From NCBI RefSeq assembly GCF_009914755.1, contig NC_060928.1: a stretch of 64,000 nt of DNA; one strand, 5' to 3'. Source of the DNA: the human T2T-CHM13v2.0 reference genome, Homo sapiens. Numbering within the stretch: position 1 is the first letter of the stretch; every line of letters starts with the position of its first letter. The position numbers and the translations under genes were made by a program. The notes below the pieces were generated by a model. It saw only the letters and a list, made by a program, of their open reading frames with translations, searched no databases and had not been told where the DNA came from. This document shows positions 13,482 through 30,610 of the stretch, piece after piece.

Positions 13482-13795
13482 CTCTACCCTGTGAACTCTC
13501 AAAATTCATGTCCTTCTAATGTGCAAATTACATCAACCTCCATCTCAGCAGCCGTTGGAATCAACCCATTCCAGCATCAATTCTAAGTCCAGAATCTCAT
13601 CTCAATATCATAGTATGAGTGAGAAATGATATGATTTATCCTGAGGCAAAATTCTTCTCCAGCTATGAATCTGTGAAACCAGATGAATTATGACATTCTA
13701 AAATAACATCAGGGTGGGTCAGGCATAAGATAGACATTCTTATTCCAAATGGAGAAATCAGAAAGAAGAAAGAGGTCTTGGGTCCCAAGTGTGTC
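13482..13795 (-). mobile_element. MaLR internal sequence (MLT1-int) adjoining the LTR
   Basis: AAATTCATGTCCTTCT..CCAGCATCAATTCTAAGTCC..ATCCTGAGGCAAAATTC..ATAGACATTCTTATTCCAAATGGAGAAAT is the 3' internal MaLR segment. Confidence 0.75.
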
Positions 13796-13799
13796 AAAT

Positions 13800-14042
13800 A
13801 TGCTACCTCCAGAATTGAAAGAAAAAAAAATGCTTACCAGGTACTTTCTTCTGTTTCTCGTTGGTGAGAAATGCAAGATGTAATAATCTCTTTAATTTTG
13901 GACATTATGTCTTTGCATTCTAGATTAATAGATACTTAACATATGGTTGATATGGTAGCACTCTGGATCTTTGTATGTCTATCACTCATCTTCTGGAGGA
14001 TATGTGTCTTACCAAAGTCTCCAACATAGTTGCTACTTGTTA
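13800..14042 (-). pseudogene. ERVL pol (reverse transcriptase) remnant
   Basis: Minus strand reads QVATMLETLVRHISSRR..KIQ..LLHLA..FWR in broken frames, homologous to the ERVL RT segment (VATTLDLLVRHL..KIQGP..KLLHLAPPTT..GFWRQH). Confidence 0.6.
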
Positions 14043-14059
14043 CTAATTAACATGACACC

Positions 14060-14323
14060 GAAAGTAGGACTGGGCACAGGGAGAAGTTGAACTGTGAGAC
14101 AGTGGCAACAGAGGCCTCAGCTAATTCTGCAGGATGATCTCGAGCTCTCAGAGTTGTTTGTATCCTCCCGTGGTGTGGAGCCATAATTAGATTCCCTTGT
14201 GATGGAGCAAAACCTTGGGCCTGGCTTCACTTAACTGAAGAGCAATTAATGGAAAGGGACTTTGCAGATGAGTATTTTGGTCCTAAAGGATGATTTGTGC
14301 AATATACCACAGTAACTACTACA
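14060..14323 (-). mobile_element. LTR16C (ERVL) LTR copy 2, partial
   Basis: GGACTGGGCACAGGGAGAAGTTGAACTGTG..GCAACAGAGGCCTCAGC..GGTCCTAAAGG..ACCACAGTAACTACTACA. Overlaps copy 1 in consensus coordinates and carries the LTR 5' end. Confidence 0.7.
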
Positions 14324-14344
14324 GCATATATTAATTCCTTCATG

Positions 14345-14535
14345 GGTATAATACAAACAGCCACCATGTAGAGAGTGTCTACTATTGCCAGGCACTGTGC
14401 TGGGGCATTGGGTATTCTGTATGTCCATTCTATAGACATGGAAACTAACACTTATGTGAAATAATTTTCCCATGGCTAGTAAATGGTCTGCCTGACTTCA
14501 AAACCCAGGATCCTAATCACTATGCTGAGCTCTAA
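14345..14535 (-). mobile_element. MIR
   Basis: CTACTATTGCCAGGCACTGTGCTGG..ATAGACATGGAAACT..GCTAGTAAATGG..CTAATCACTATGCT. Confidence 0.55.
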
Positions 14536-14898
14536 TTCAAATGGCTTTTTGGAGACTTAAGTGAGCTAAATTATTTGAAGTGACTGATTGAAACCTTGCA
14601 TACTTATGATGTTCAATACATGTTTGCTGAAAGAAACTGAATGAATGTTGAACTTCCATTCAGTATTGTTAAACTTCAGTTCAGTATTTTTATGGTTTAT
14701 TTAAAAATAAGAGGGGCCAAATGTATGACAACGAAAGATAATATAGAGATAAGTGATATTTATTTGGCACACATGCATTACCACACACAGTTGATTGAAT
14801 GGTTTGTGTGACACTCAAGTGTAGGATAATTCTGTAATTATTCCTAGTAAGAAAACGAGTGTATCCAAACAAAAATTGAATTTGGTAACCATGGCGTC

Positions 14899-15395
14899 TA
14901 TGGTCACCTGAATATAATGTTCCCTTTAAGATATAGTCACTTCTTAATCTCCAGAATCTGTGAATATTAACTTATTATATTACTTTATACACCAAAAGGG
15001 TGAATATTACCATGTATTGCAGATACTGTGACTAAATTAATGATTCTTCGAGTTTATCCTGGATTTTCAAGATGGGTCCAAAATGCAACCATATGTATCT
15101 TTACAAGAAGGGGCTGGAGAAAGAGACACACAGAGAAGATGGCAATATAAAGAAAGGGGCACATTTTAGGGTGATGAAGGCACAAGTTAAGGGATGTTTA
15201 ACTTTGGGGGCTACCAGAGCTATAAGAGACAAGAAATGGATTTTTTCACTAGAGCCCTAGCTCTACTGAGGGACTGCATGCTTTTCAAAATCTTGATTTC
15301 AGGATTCTAGCCTCCCAAATGATAAGAAAATGTTGTTTTAAGCCACCAGATTTGTGGTAATTTGTTGCAATAGCAAATAGGAAATTTGCAAAATA
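14899..15395 (+). mobile_element. MaLR solo LTR (MLT1C/D-like)
   Basis: TAATCTCCAGAATCTGTGAATAT..TATCCTGGATT..CTTGATTTCAGGATTCTAGCCTCC..TTTTAAGCCACCAGATTTGTGGTAATTTGTT. Confidence 0.75.
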
Positions 15396-17619
15396 TCTTA
15401 ATAAGGGGTACTTTATTGGGTTGTGCTAGCTATTAAAGATAACACTTTACAAAATAGTCAATATAATAAAGACTGAATTCTATAGAAAATATACTTCTGA
15501 TTGCTATAAATATAAACTTTAACATTTTGGTGAAGAAAAAATATTTTCCATTTTCCCAAAGCTTTGAGGCTAGGTAAAAGGAAGAGTATTGCTAAGGAAT
15601 TATATGAGCATGTGGTGTGGGAGAATGTTGCATGACAGGAAGGAAGAAAGCTGAGTCTTGACGTGAGAAGCACTCAGTAAGGAGCCAAAGGCATCTAGGA
15701 GGGATGCTCACTGATTCTTCCCATAAACCAGAGCTGAGATTACAAGGTCCCACGTATTTCTGGAAAGTGATTTGAAAAAGACCATCCAAATTCATGCACA
15801 GTAGTAAGAAAAACCTCCAAGCATGTCAGTCAGAGAGAGATTTGGGGAGCTAGAGCAGCAGGAAGAGAGAGGACACCCAGTGGCCCCCTTGGAAGGGCTA
15901 AAAATTCAGTAACTTTGATAACACAGTTTCAGTTCTGATCTAAGCAGAGTATCTCATTTGGAAAAAGCTGTGCAGTGCTGTGGGACAAGTCAATTAAGAT
16001 ATGAATACCAATGCCTAACATTGAGCTTGCTAAGTATTTTCTCTTATGGATCTCTATCTTCCCATAACCATGTGAGAATAGTGTTCTGTTCAACTGATTG
16101 GGAGTACTAGTGTCTAAAAACAGTGGCTCAAACACTTTCAGTTATCACCAATTGCTTGTTAAAAGAATAAACTTCCCATGGAACCCATCTTGAGGATTTG
16201 GGTTATGAGGATTTGATAAGACCCTCAAATAGGTGTCCATTTTGTGGAATTTGGCCTTCATTGGCTTAGAAACACCTTCTGCACACCCAGAGAAAGGTAG
16301 TCAAATGACTGCCTAATTCCATGTAACAGGCCCTCATTTGAGGGTCTTGCAGTTCAGTACTCAATATGGGCTGGATTTATAAGGTAAAAAGGTTTTAAGG
16401 TCTTCTACACCTACTAGTTCAGTAAGAAAACAGAAATCCTGGGGCTAGGGATAAGAGTCAAAATGCTGATTCTGAAGCAAAAATTCCTGAGTCCCAACCT
16501 TTGTCCCTCCTAAAGCCACATTGGCACAGCTGAGGCTTCAGAAGCTATTGGAAGATTCATATCAACTTACTAATAATCAAGCACTTTCATATTAAGACAA
16601 TGTATGATGTTTAGTAAAATTGATTTTTCCATAAAAGAAGTTTAAAATAAATTAGCTATTTCAAGAGAATCATGGTTGTCAGCAAATAGAAATGTTGTGC
16701 TTAACTCAAATCACAGTAATATTCTGTGTTAGTCAATTGATTTCTTTGAGCCTTTATTCTTTCATCTGTAAAATGAGGAGGGTGAAAAAATAATTATCAA
16801 CCATGTTATAGTTTCCAATGATCCTGAAATCCATGGCTCAATCACTAAAAGCTGGAAATGTTCTGGTTCTATAGAGATAAATCACTTCCTTGTGGCTGTA
16901 AATGTACTTAGAAGGAAATAAAAATTTACTGGATCACAGTAGGAATTATTATATGGTGCTTTTTATTATTGGACAATAAAAAGTAACATAACATTTTTTC
17001 TGGATAATGTAAACCCTGGAGACAGACAATGATTTGGGGAACTAGATTACCTTTTCATATTGACCAAAAAATCATTGCAAGCTCTTTGAGTACATGAACT
17101 GTGCTTACACCATGCCTGGAACACTATAGTGGGTACTCATGCCCACTGTGAAAGCCTATTGTTAGAATTTATTTCCCGACACAGGCGTGGTGAGGAAAAT
17201 TACAATTACTTAAAATATTTTGGTATTTTATCCATGTTCAACTCTGTTGGAGTTCCAATAAAAATTGTCCATGGCAACAAATTGGTGATGCTGATCATTA
17301 TCATTAGCTTGTTGTATTTTTAAAATATTGTATCCAAGTAGCGTTAAGCCCTTTTGTAGAGCATCTTATTCTTTCCAAAATTGCCCATGAAGTAGTAGGT
17401 ATTATTTTTGTAGTCTACAAATGAAGGGAGCAAGCTGTAAATATGACTTCAAATTTGTGATGTATCCAATATATTAAAGTTAACTCCTCTCCCACCTGTC
17501 AAAATAGCATCAGGGTCAAGCACTTGCCTGGTGCTTTTAATAAGTTTCCAATTCTAAAATCCCCAAAACCAGAGCCACTTTTCCCTATCCTTCTGGTTGA
17601 TCCTCAAGGGTAATAAAAC

Positions 17620-18900
<1,281 letters not shown>

Positions 18901-19586
18901 TTAACAAAGTTTTTTCTCATTACATATATGATTCTCAATAAAGTATTTTGTTATTATTTGAAGAATGGTTAGTTGCTCCTAATTCAAGCTTTTGGAGCTT
19001 TTTGTCCTTATATATGTAAGTGTCAACTGACCAAACTGTACTGCAATTTCTCCATTTATGTCAGTTCATATCACTAGACTGTATAATTTATCAATTTCTA
19101 CATACAAAATTGTTGCAAAATCTAAAAAATTCAATTTGAAATGTAGTACATTTTAGAAATTACATATTAGTTATATTTTGTGGTGATTAAAAGCTATGAT
19201 TTTAAATTACACAAATAGTGTATTTTATTACATATTGATAGCATATAGACTTTAGATAAAAGTATTTGCTAGCAAATCAAGGAAATTACAATAAACATCA
19301 TTAACCTACTTATGAAAAATAAACTCTTCTATCTTGTTTTTCCCTGAAACAGTCACTTCATGAAACCTAATGATTGCCATGAAATATTGCTTGATGTGTG
19401 ACAGAATCATAAGAAAAATTTAACCACAGAATTTCTTCTTCACTGTTTTTACCAGAATATTTCCTTGAGGGTGATGAATTATTTTAAATGAAAACCATGA
19501 AGTTGTTTATAAGAACTTAATAAGACTTAGTTTCCAAAGCATAAGGTAATGTTTCCTCACTCTAAAATATGACAGCAACCCCATCA

Positions 19587-19922
<336 letters not shown>

Positions 19923-20665
19923 TTAAAATAAATGCTGTATTCCTTTACCATCGCTTCATTTTTAAAAAATACCCCATTTTCTACTTCGTTTAGAAAATTT
20001 TCCATCACTTTTCCTGCTTTGTAAGATTTTATTGATGGTAAAACTGCCATCTTAAATTTAAGTTACCCTAATTTAGGGCGTTTGAAAAGGAAGAAAAAAT
20101 TCTCCCTTCACTCTATCAATGACTTAGATCTGAGTGTATGTTTTGATATGCAAAATGTAAATTCTCCTTTTTCTTTATGAACATTCCTAGATCTGGCCAT
20201 CCATTTGGACATTGCCACATCTCTTCTTCTCAATTCACCCTTTAGCAGAAAACAATCATTGAGCACCTGCAAATGTGCCTCACACTGTTCTATTTGCTGC
20301 CAAAAATAAGATGGAGACAAGACATAGCCTTTATCCTTCAGGGACTTACAGGTTCCTAACGAGGTTTGAGATCATCTTTTACATTGTTCTATCTTGTATC
20401 CTTTGTATTCAATCAGTGGAATACTCAATATTTCGGCCTTTAAAATGCTCCCCACTTATACCCTTCCTTATTTCTCCTACCACAACTTTATCTAGATCAT
20501 ATCCAGCTTTTTCCATAACATACTAACCAGTCCTTTGTTTCTGGTTCATTTCCATCTCATCCACCCTTCAGAGTCATTAATCTTCATAAGGAAGAAATTT
20601 AGCAGTTAAAATTTCCATGTGCAAAACCCTCCATTGTGCCTTAGTGACTATAAAAATCTAGGTTC

Positions 20666-20965
20666 CCAGGCGCGGTGGATCACGCCTATAATCCCAGCAC
20701 TTTGGGAGACTAAGGCGGGCAGATCACGAGGTCAGAAGTTGAAGACCATCCGGGCTAACACGGTGAAACCCGTCTCTACTAAAAATACAAAAATTAGCTG
20801 GGCGTGGTGGCACATGCCTGTAATTCCAGCTACTCAGGAGGGTGAGGCAGAAGAATCGCTTGAACCAGGGAGTCAGACGTTGCAGTGAGCCGAGATCCTG
20901 CCATTGCACTCCAGCCTGGTGACAGAGTGAGACTGCATCTAAAAAAAAAACCAAAAAAAAAAAAA
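20666..20965 (+). mobile_element. Alu (AluSc-like)
   Basis: GATCACGAGGTCAG..CAGCCTGGTGACAGAG(A)n. TSD AAAAATCTAGGTTC (20652-20665) / AAAAACTAGGTTC (20961-20973). Confidence 0.95.
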
Positions 20966-21419
20966 CTAGGTTCATAGCATTTTATATCTAGAAAAACTCT
21001 TTGGGAAGATAGAAGACTAACTCCCTAAATTTATATATCAGAAACCTGAAGATAAGAGAACTTTCTCCTTTTATAATTTTTTTAGTTCCCCCAAATAAAA
21101 TTCAAACTCCTTAGTATACCACATATCACCCTAAAATATTTGAATATTCTAGTCTAGCTTTTTAAATTTTCTTTAATTTTATTTAAACATTTTTAAACGA
21201 TTAAGATGTTAAATTGGTTTACAATAGTCTCAACACAATTGCAATTTATTAAATTCATCTCATGACTCACAAATCTCCAGATATAATGAGAGTTCCCTTG
21301 AGCTGTTTCACAATGTCTTATCTTTATAGCACAAACGTCCCCATTCCTCCAAAATTTCTCATTTAAAATGGATTGAAGTGAACCATCCTAGGTTTTTTTT
21401 CTTATAATGCTTTTTTTAA

Positions 21420-21545
21420 ACTTCATGGCCTTCTTAAAATATGGTGCCAGAAATTGGACAATATGTTTCAGATGTAGTCTGACAAGCACAGATGACAGTA
21501 TATCTTTTAGCTTCCTTCTTCTGAACACCATACTGTATTAAAACA
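21420..21545 (-). mobile_element. L3/CR1 fragment
   Basis: TTCTTAAAATATGGTGCCAGAAATTGGACAATATGTTTCAGATGTAGTCTGACAAGCACAG is a typical antisense CR1 ORF2 motif. Confidence 0.55.
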
Positions 21546-21624
21546 TAAATTTTATTCAATTAAATTTTATATTATTCATTTCAGTTTATCCTTTTGAAAT
21601 CCGAAAGCTTTGTTAATTCAAGCT

Positions 21625-21760
21625 TTAACATCATTTATTCTAAGACACTTTGCTATACATTAAAGACACAGCAGTAAACAGAGTGGACACTTGCCCTGCC
21701 AACAAAAAGTTTACAGTCTTGTAAAAAAAAAAGTCATTTTAGCAATGAATTACATACATC
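21625..21760 (-). mobile_element. L2 fragment
   Basis: AGACACTTTGCTATACATTAAAGACACAGCAGTAAACAGA..CCCTGCC..AGTTTACAGTCT. Confidence 0.5.
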
Positions 21761-21857
21761 TATAATTTATGTAATTAACTCATTTAATTAATTCTATATT
21801 GAAAAGTAGAGCCAACATGCTTCTTATGTATCTCAGTGTATTAATAAAGGAAACAAA

Positions 21858-22015
21858 GTTAACATTTATTTAGTAACTACTAGTGCTCAGATAATACTGG
21901 TGAAGAAAGTATTATCCCTGCTTTACTAATGCAAAAGCTGGCACTTAAAGAATTTTAGTAAATTTGCCCAAATTTTTAGAGTACTAAGCCAGAATTTGAA
22001 CATAGTTCTTTTTGA
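21858..22015 (-). mobile_element. MIR
   Basis: TAACATTTATTTAG..ATTATCCCTGCTTTAC..GTAAATTTGCCCAA..AGCCAGAATTTGAAC. Confidence 0.55.
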
Positions 22016-22089
22016 TCCATTTATCTATACGTTTATTGTGAGAGATTTTGTCTCTGTATTTGTTCTTACAAGCCAACCAGGTAAAACAA

Positions 22090-22205
22090 AGGCAGAAAGG
22101 GAGTAAGTTTATTTGGGCAATGTTCAATCCTGGTGAGCCCATGCTGGCTCCAAGTGATCACTGTTTGCTTTCTTGAATGTTCTTAAGCTCTCCATTTAAT
22201 TTTAT
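22090..22205 (-). mobile_element. L3/CR1 fragment
   Basis: GGTGAGCCCATGCTGGCTCCAAGTGATCACTG matches antisense CR1 RT (QHGFT-like motif). Confidence 0.45.
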
Positions 22206-22674
22206 ATTGTTTCTCTACCACGATATCCAAAGCTACACTGAAATAACTTATTTCAGTAACTGAAAAAGAAAAAGGTAAAGTTGTTCTTTGTAAACACTGG
22301 ATTTTAATGCATCACTATAAAAGCGGACGTAAGAAATTTCAGAAAACAAAACATATAAAAGGTACAAGTATTGAAATGAACGTATTTGGCAAATTGGGTA
22401 ATAGCATACTAAAAATTTAAGAAATCAACCAAAAATTTCTCAAAATTATAATTTCAACAATAATAAATAGCATAAAAATATTTGAATTTTTATATAATAG
22501 CAATACATAGCCATAACAAGAAAATAAAATGAAAAAGGTTATAATTTTTAAATATCAAAAATGTATATTATATATTTGCTATGAGTTTAACTTGGAGTAC
22601 ATCAGATCTAGTTTTTGAAACAAATAAAACCTTGGTGGAAGGGATAATGGAAGAAATCATTAATTTCAGTAAAT

Positions 22675-22905
22675 ATGACTTAACATTTATTGTTCACATA
22701 CTTTGCACCAGGGACTATACAAGAGATTGAGAAAAACCAGAGAAATAAACTATGTTTCATATTCTCTAGGAAATAACCCTTCACTGAAGGAGAGAAACAT
22801 GCAAAGTATTGACTACCACAATGAAAAATGAAATAAATGCCATGACAGAACTATGGATAAGGTCTTTGAAAACAGAGAAAAGGAATAATTCATTCTGACT
22901 GAGGA
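22675..22905 (-). mobile_element. L2 fragment
   Basis: AACATTTATTG..TACTTTGCACCAGGGACTA..AATAAATGCCATGACAGA..ATTCATTCTGACTG. Confidence 0.5.
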
Positions 22906-24459
22906 AAATGGAAAGATGAGCACATTCTAATTGTGAAGATTTAATATAATTAAGCTGCTGTACTTTAAATTAGTTAATAATTGCAAAAAAATACCAATTC
23001 CAGATTCCACTGAATGTTCTAAGAAATTTAAAATCTAAACACCTTTACCTTTACCTCCAATATATTAGTATATGAATGCATGAGCAGGTATGAAGAACAA
23101 AGAAGATAGATAGATGATAGAGATAGGCACAGCCACACATAAATGATTGATGAAGGACTTGCTTATTAATTTTACAAAATGCTTTACTATCATAATAGAA
23201 CTCTACTTGGTGTTTGACCTCAAAAAAACAGGAGAAGAAGATTAATGAAGTAATAATTGAGATTTTAAAAATACATTGATTCTTTTTATGAGCATTTCAG
23301 CAAAAATAGCATACAGTGGGTAAAATTTCATAATTTTTGTTGTAATTAAATATTTATATAAACAGTAATTAATTTGAATTTATATTTCATATTTTGCATT
23401 GCAATAAATAACTCAATCAAAAAACATGTAATTTATGTTTTTAATATAGAAGAATATACAATAGCATATTTAAATGATGCAGAAGAGAAGGAAATCAAGA
23501 CCATTCAAGAAATGAAGGATATTACAGGCAAATGGATATGCCTGAACATGTAAAGAAACTTTTTGTAAGGCACATTGCAGTAAAATAAAAATAAAAGAAT
23601 GAGGAAAACATAACATATAAACATAATTAATAAGCTGTCAGTATTCAAAATACAGAGAAAACTGTGATTAACATGTATGATCATTATACCGATTCTGCTT
23701 AATATCCTTTTTTTAAATTATCAAAAATAGTACACAAATGGAGGAACACAAAATTAACTATTTTTTAGAAAATCAACCTTCAATCTAGTCAAAAGTAAAG
23801 CTCTTTTAAATCACTTCAGAGAATCATTATACTTTGGTATTTTTAAAGATGCTTTTTAAGTAACTTGTGTTGGAAACTATGCAACAAATAGGTAATCTTA
23901 CAAATTGTGTATGACACCACAAATAATGCCAGCTTTCTACAAGTAATTGGCATTCAAACATGCTCGGAAAATCCAGTTCTGCTCTTCATGTGAATAGCTC
24001 CACTGCAGGGAGCATACTTCAAGAAATAAGCTAACTTCAAGTGGAAAACCAAAAGGACATATTTATTCTGTATGAAAAATTTGAAATATCCTAAGTGTCG
24101 AAAAGTTTTGGAATACTTAAGTAAAAAAAATTAATAGAATTCCAAAGTATAAAACAACTATGTGAATTATGACCATGCTAGAAATTCTTATGCAACATTT
24201 ATATGAAGTACAAAAGGCTGAATATACATATTAAATAAATACTAAGTCTTGCTGTCATAATTCTTTTCCCAAAGCTAGAAACATGAGCTAAAGGATGAAA
24301 CATTAATGCTTCAGCTATTGTAGGAGGAGCTTTGAAAATGTTAGTTGAGGACAGACATTCATGGTCAATGACTAAATTTATGGCTCACAAAATTTTCATT
24401 TGCCTGGTACAGGCTTTATTTTATTTTGTGTTTTTTGTTTTGTTCTTTTATGATGTATT

Positions 24460-24880
24460 TTTTTAACTTTTTAATTGAGTTATACTTACAATGAAATGCT
24501 TATATACAGTAAAACTGATATTAAATGTTCAGCTTGATGCAGTTTTACAAATGTGTACACCCATGTAACTATCTCAATCAAGATACTGAATATTTTTAGT
24601 AAGCAGAAGATTCCTTGTAAACTCTTCCCAGACAATGCTTTACCCCAACATCTGTGAGAGTCATTCATATTGTTGACTGAATCAGTTGTTCATTTATAAT
24701 TTCTGTGTAATATTCTATCCATTGTGTGAATATATCACATTTTAATTATCTATTTTCCTATTAGTGAACTTCTTTGGGTTATTTCCAGGTTTTGGTAATT
24801 ATAAATAAATTTGCTTGTGAATGTCTTCTGGTAGGTGTATATTTAGCTTTAGTGGATACTGGCATGTTGTTTTTAGAGAA
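24460..24880 (-). mobile_element. L1MC/L1ME 3' fragment
   Basis: TTAATTGAG..ACAGTAAAA..AGCTTGATG..TACACCCATGTAACTA..ATCAAGATAC..CCATTGTGTGAATATATCACA..TTTGGGTTATTTCCAG. Confidence 0.7.
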
Positions 24881-26049
24881 AAAAATGTATTAGCAATGGG
24901 CTTGTCCAGTTGGCAACGGGCCCCATCATTTCTATATAGCCTCATTTAACTGGCTTGGTCTAGAAATGGCAAGTTTGCAACTGCTACGAGAAACAGAACT
25001 TAGTAAACTGATTCATCTGAAATTGTAACTTCAAATTTTCAGTGTTAATGGCTTTTAAGTATTTAGATTAAACAAAAGTAAACTTTTCCAAGTACAGTCA
25101 ACCCTCTCCTCAGAAGCAAGGTTACCTCAAAGTCAAGAGCAATACTGTAGCTGTTTTTCACTTTCCTAGCGATCTGCAGAGTGGATGGATGCAGTCGTGG
25201 GCTGGCAGCTTGGTTCCAGTCCTGGCTGGCTGTGTTCTGGCATGGCTGACAATCACCCTATCCGGCCTTTCTCACTGCTGCCACGGGGCTCAGTGCTGGA
25301 CCAAGGCAATCAACTTCATGTACATTTCTACTCCAAGGACCCTTCTTTTTCTTGTGTTTCACTTAGTAAAATTAGTCACCACACATGGTGGATTAGCAGC
25401 AGCAGCTCAGTTTCCTTGGATTTACATGAATTTATTCTCAGTGGGGAGATCAAGAGGCAATTTACTCAGTTGCTGGCCTTGTTAGGAGTTACCATCTGAC
25501 CCTGCAGCTCAGTCTGAATAGCATGCTTATGATTATTTATTATTTGGGATGACTTTTCCCATTTTTGCAGACAGCTACTTGTAGACCATTTTCAGATGCT
25601 AAATTTTTCTGAGCTAGTTTTTTGAGAGGAAGAAGGAGCAAGGGAATAAAAGGTACAACTTTGTAAAAGTGAGCTAATACGTCAAAATCTTGGCTGATCA
25701 CAAAATGCCGATCAAAGTCCCTATTTTTGCCAAAGTTATTATCAGCATACTTCTCTGAGAAACAAGAGCTGTGTTTCCAAATAGGCTGTATCTATACACT
25801 GTGCATGCATAATGAATAAATGGGAAATTCCATTTTTCAAGAGTGGAGAATGTGAAAATTGCATTGATCCAATGCCAGAAAAGGGGCAGTTTCTCTGGAG
25901 GTCTATACCAAGTGAGAGCTAGACAGAAAGGAAAAGGTGATGGTACATAATTACCCTCTTCCTTTTAATACACGAAGATATTTCTATAGCTCAGCAGTGA
26001 AAGGAGCTGAATCCAGAACCACAAAGAACTAATTGCCTTTCCTTTCATG

Positions 26050-26240
26050 GCATAAGAATATACGGAAAGTCTAGGCAAGTAATTTAAATTTTCAGTACCT
26101 TAGTACTCTGATATGTAAAGTGTGAATAAAAATGCTATCAACCTAACAGAACTTTGGTGAGGATTGATAGGATCTGGCCCTTCAAGGACATAGCACAGCA
26201 CCCGGTAGTTAGAGGCATTCAATATTACCTGCCTTTATTA
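26050..26240 (+). mobile_element. MIR
   Basis: GGCAAGTAATTTAA..TGTAAAGTG..GGTGAGGATT..TAGCACAGCACCCGG..CATTCAATA. Confidence 0.5.
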
Positions 26241-27260
26241 TTTTAACTGTTATTTTTCTCATCCCATTCTCTTTCTCCTTCACCTTCTTCCCCATTTTTC
26301 CTCTTTCAGCCTCCAATCCCTATATAATGGAAATGAAAATTGTACATACTCATTAAAATGGCCTATGTGACCAGAAAAAGCCACAGAAAATCCAAAATAT
26401 AGAATCTTTTTTAAAAAAATAATGAATCAGCATTCCTCATTTCCTTTCCAGATCAGTTTCAGAAGTTTCCAATTCAGAAATCTGTTACTTTTCTTTCTGT
26501 GTTTTAATTCTACAGCATCATTTATAGTTTTACAGGTTATTTTTCCAGTAAAAAAAATAAAACCTGAAAATCTGTCTACAATGATTTCTTGTGGTAGGTG
26601 GCAACAATAGAGCTTTCATGCTGAAAATTACAATTTTCTTTTTTTTCCGAAAGTAATTTGGGCTTGGAGAAAGGTGCTAAAATGTTGTAGGATGAGACTG
26701 GTAATTTCATTCCTTCTTTTCCCCCTACCCCCTTACAGTATGTTACCCAATTTAAGTCATTATTGTGTGTTAGCACTGACTAACAAGAGGCCCTTGTCAT
26801 ATGACTGAGGAAGACCACAAATGTGCTTTTCCCACTGTGAGATTAGCAGCCTGGCACACCATAGACATGTTCTCACCTTGATCCTCTGTATGCTTCAGGC
26901 GACATCATTTTTTTTTCAGAAGAATTTCACCAACAATCTTTGTCTCCTTACTAAAATGCTGACAAGGGTTGGCTTATCTTCTGATACATGCTGGAACAAA
27001 CTTCTCCTTCATAAAGGGCATATAACCATCCCCATAGGGAAAGCAGAGGTAATGCTCAGGGATTCCTGAACCTTACCTCCAACTCTCACCTTTTCAGCCT
27101 ATGGAATGTGAATGATGAAGACATTTGTTAATGTTTAACAAAGGTCTTGTTTTCTTTGATTATGCAGGGGACATAAATTATAGGTCTGGCTCCTTAAGAA
27201 TTTTAAATCTAATATTCTACTTGAGAAATTTCATAGGCAAATTCATTAAAGGTTTTTTTT

Positions 27261-30610
<3,350 letters not shown>

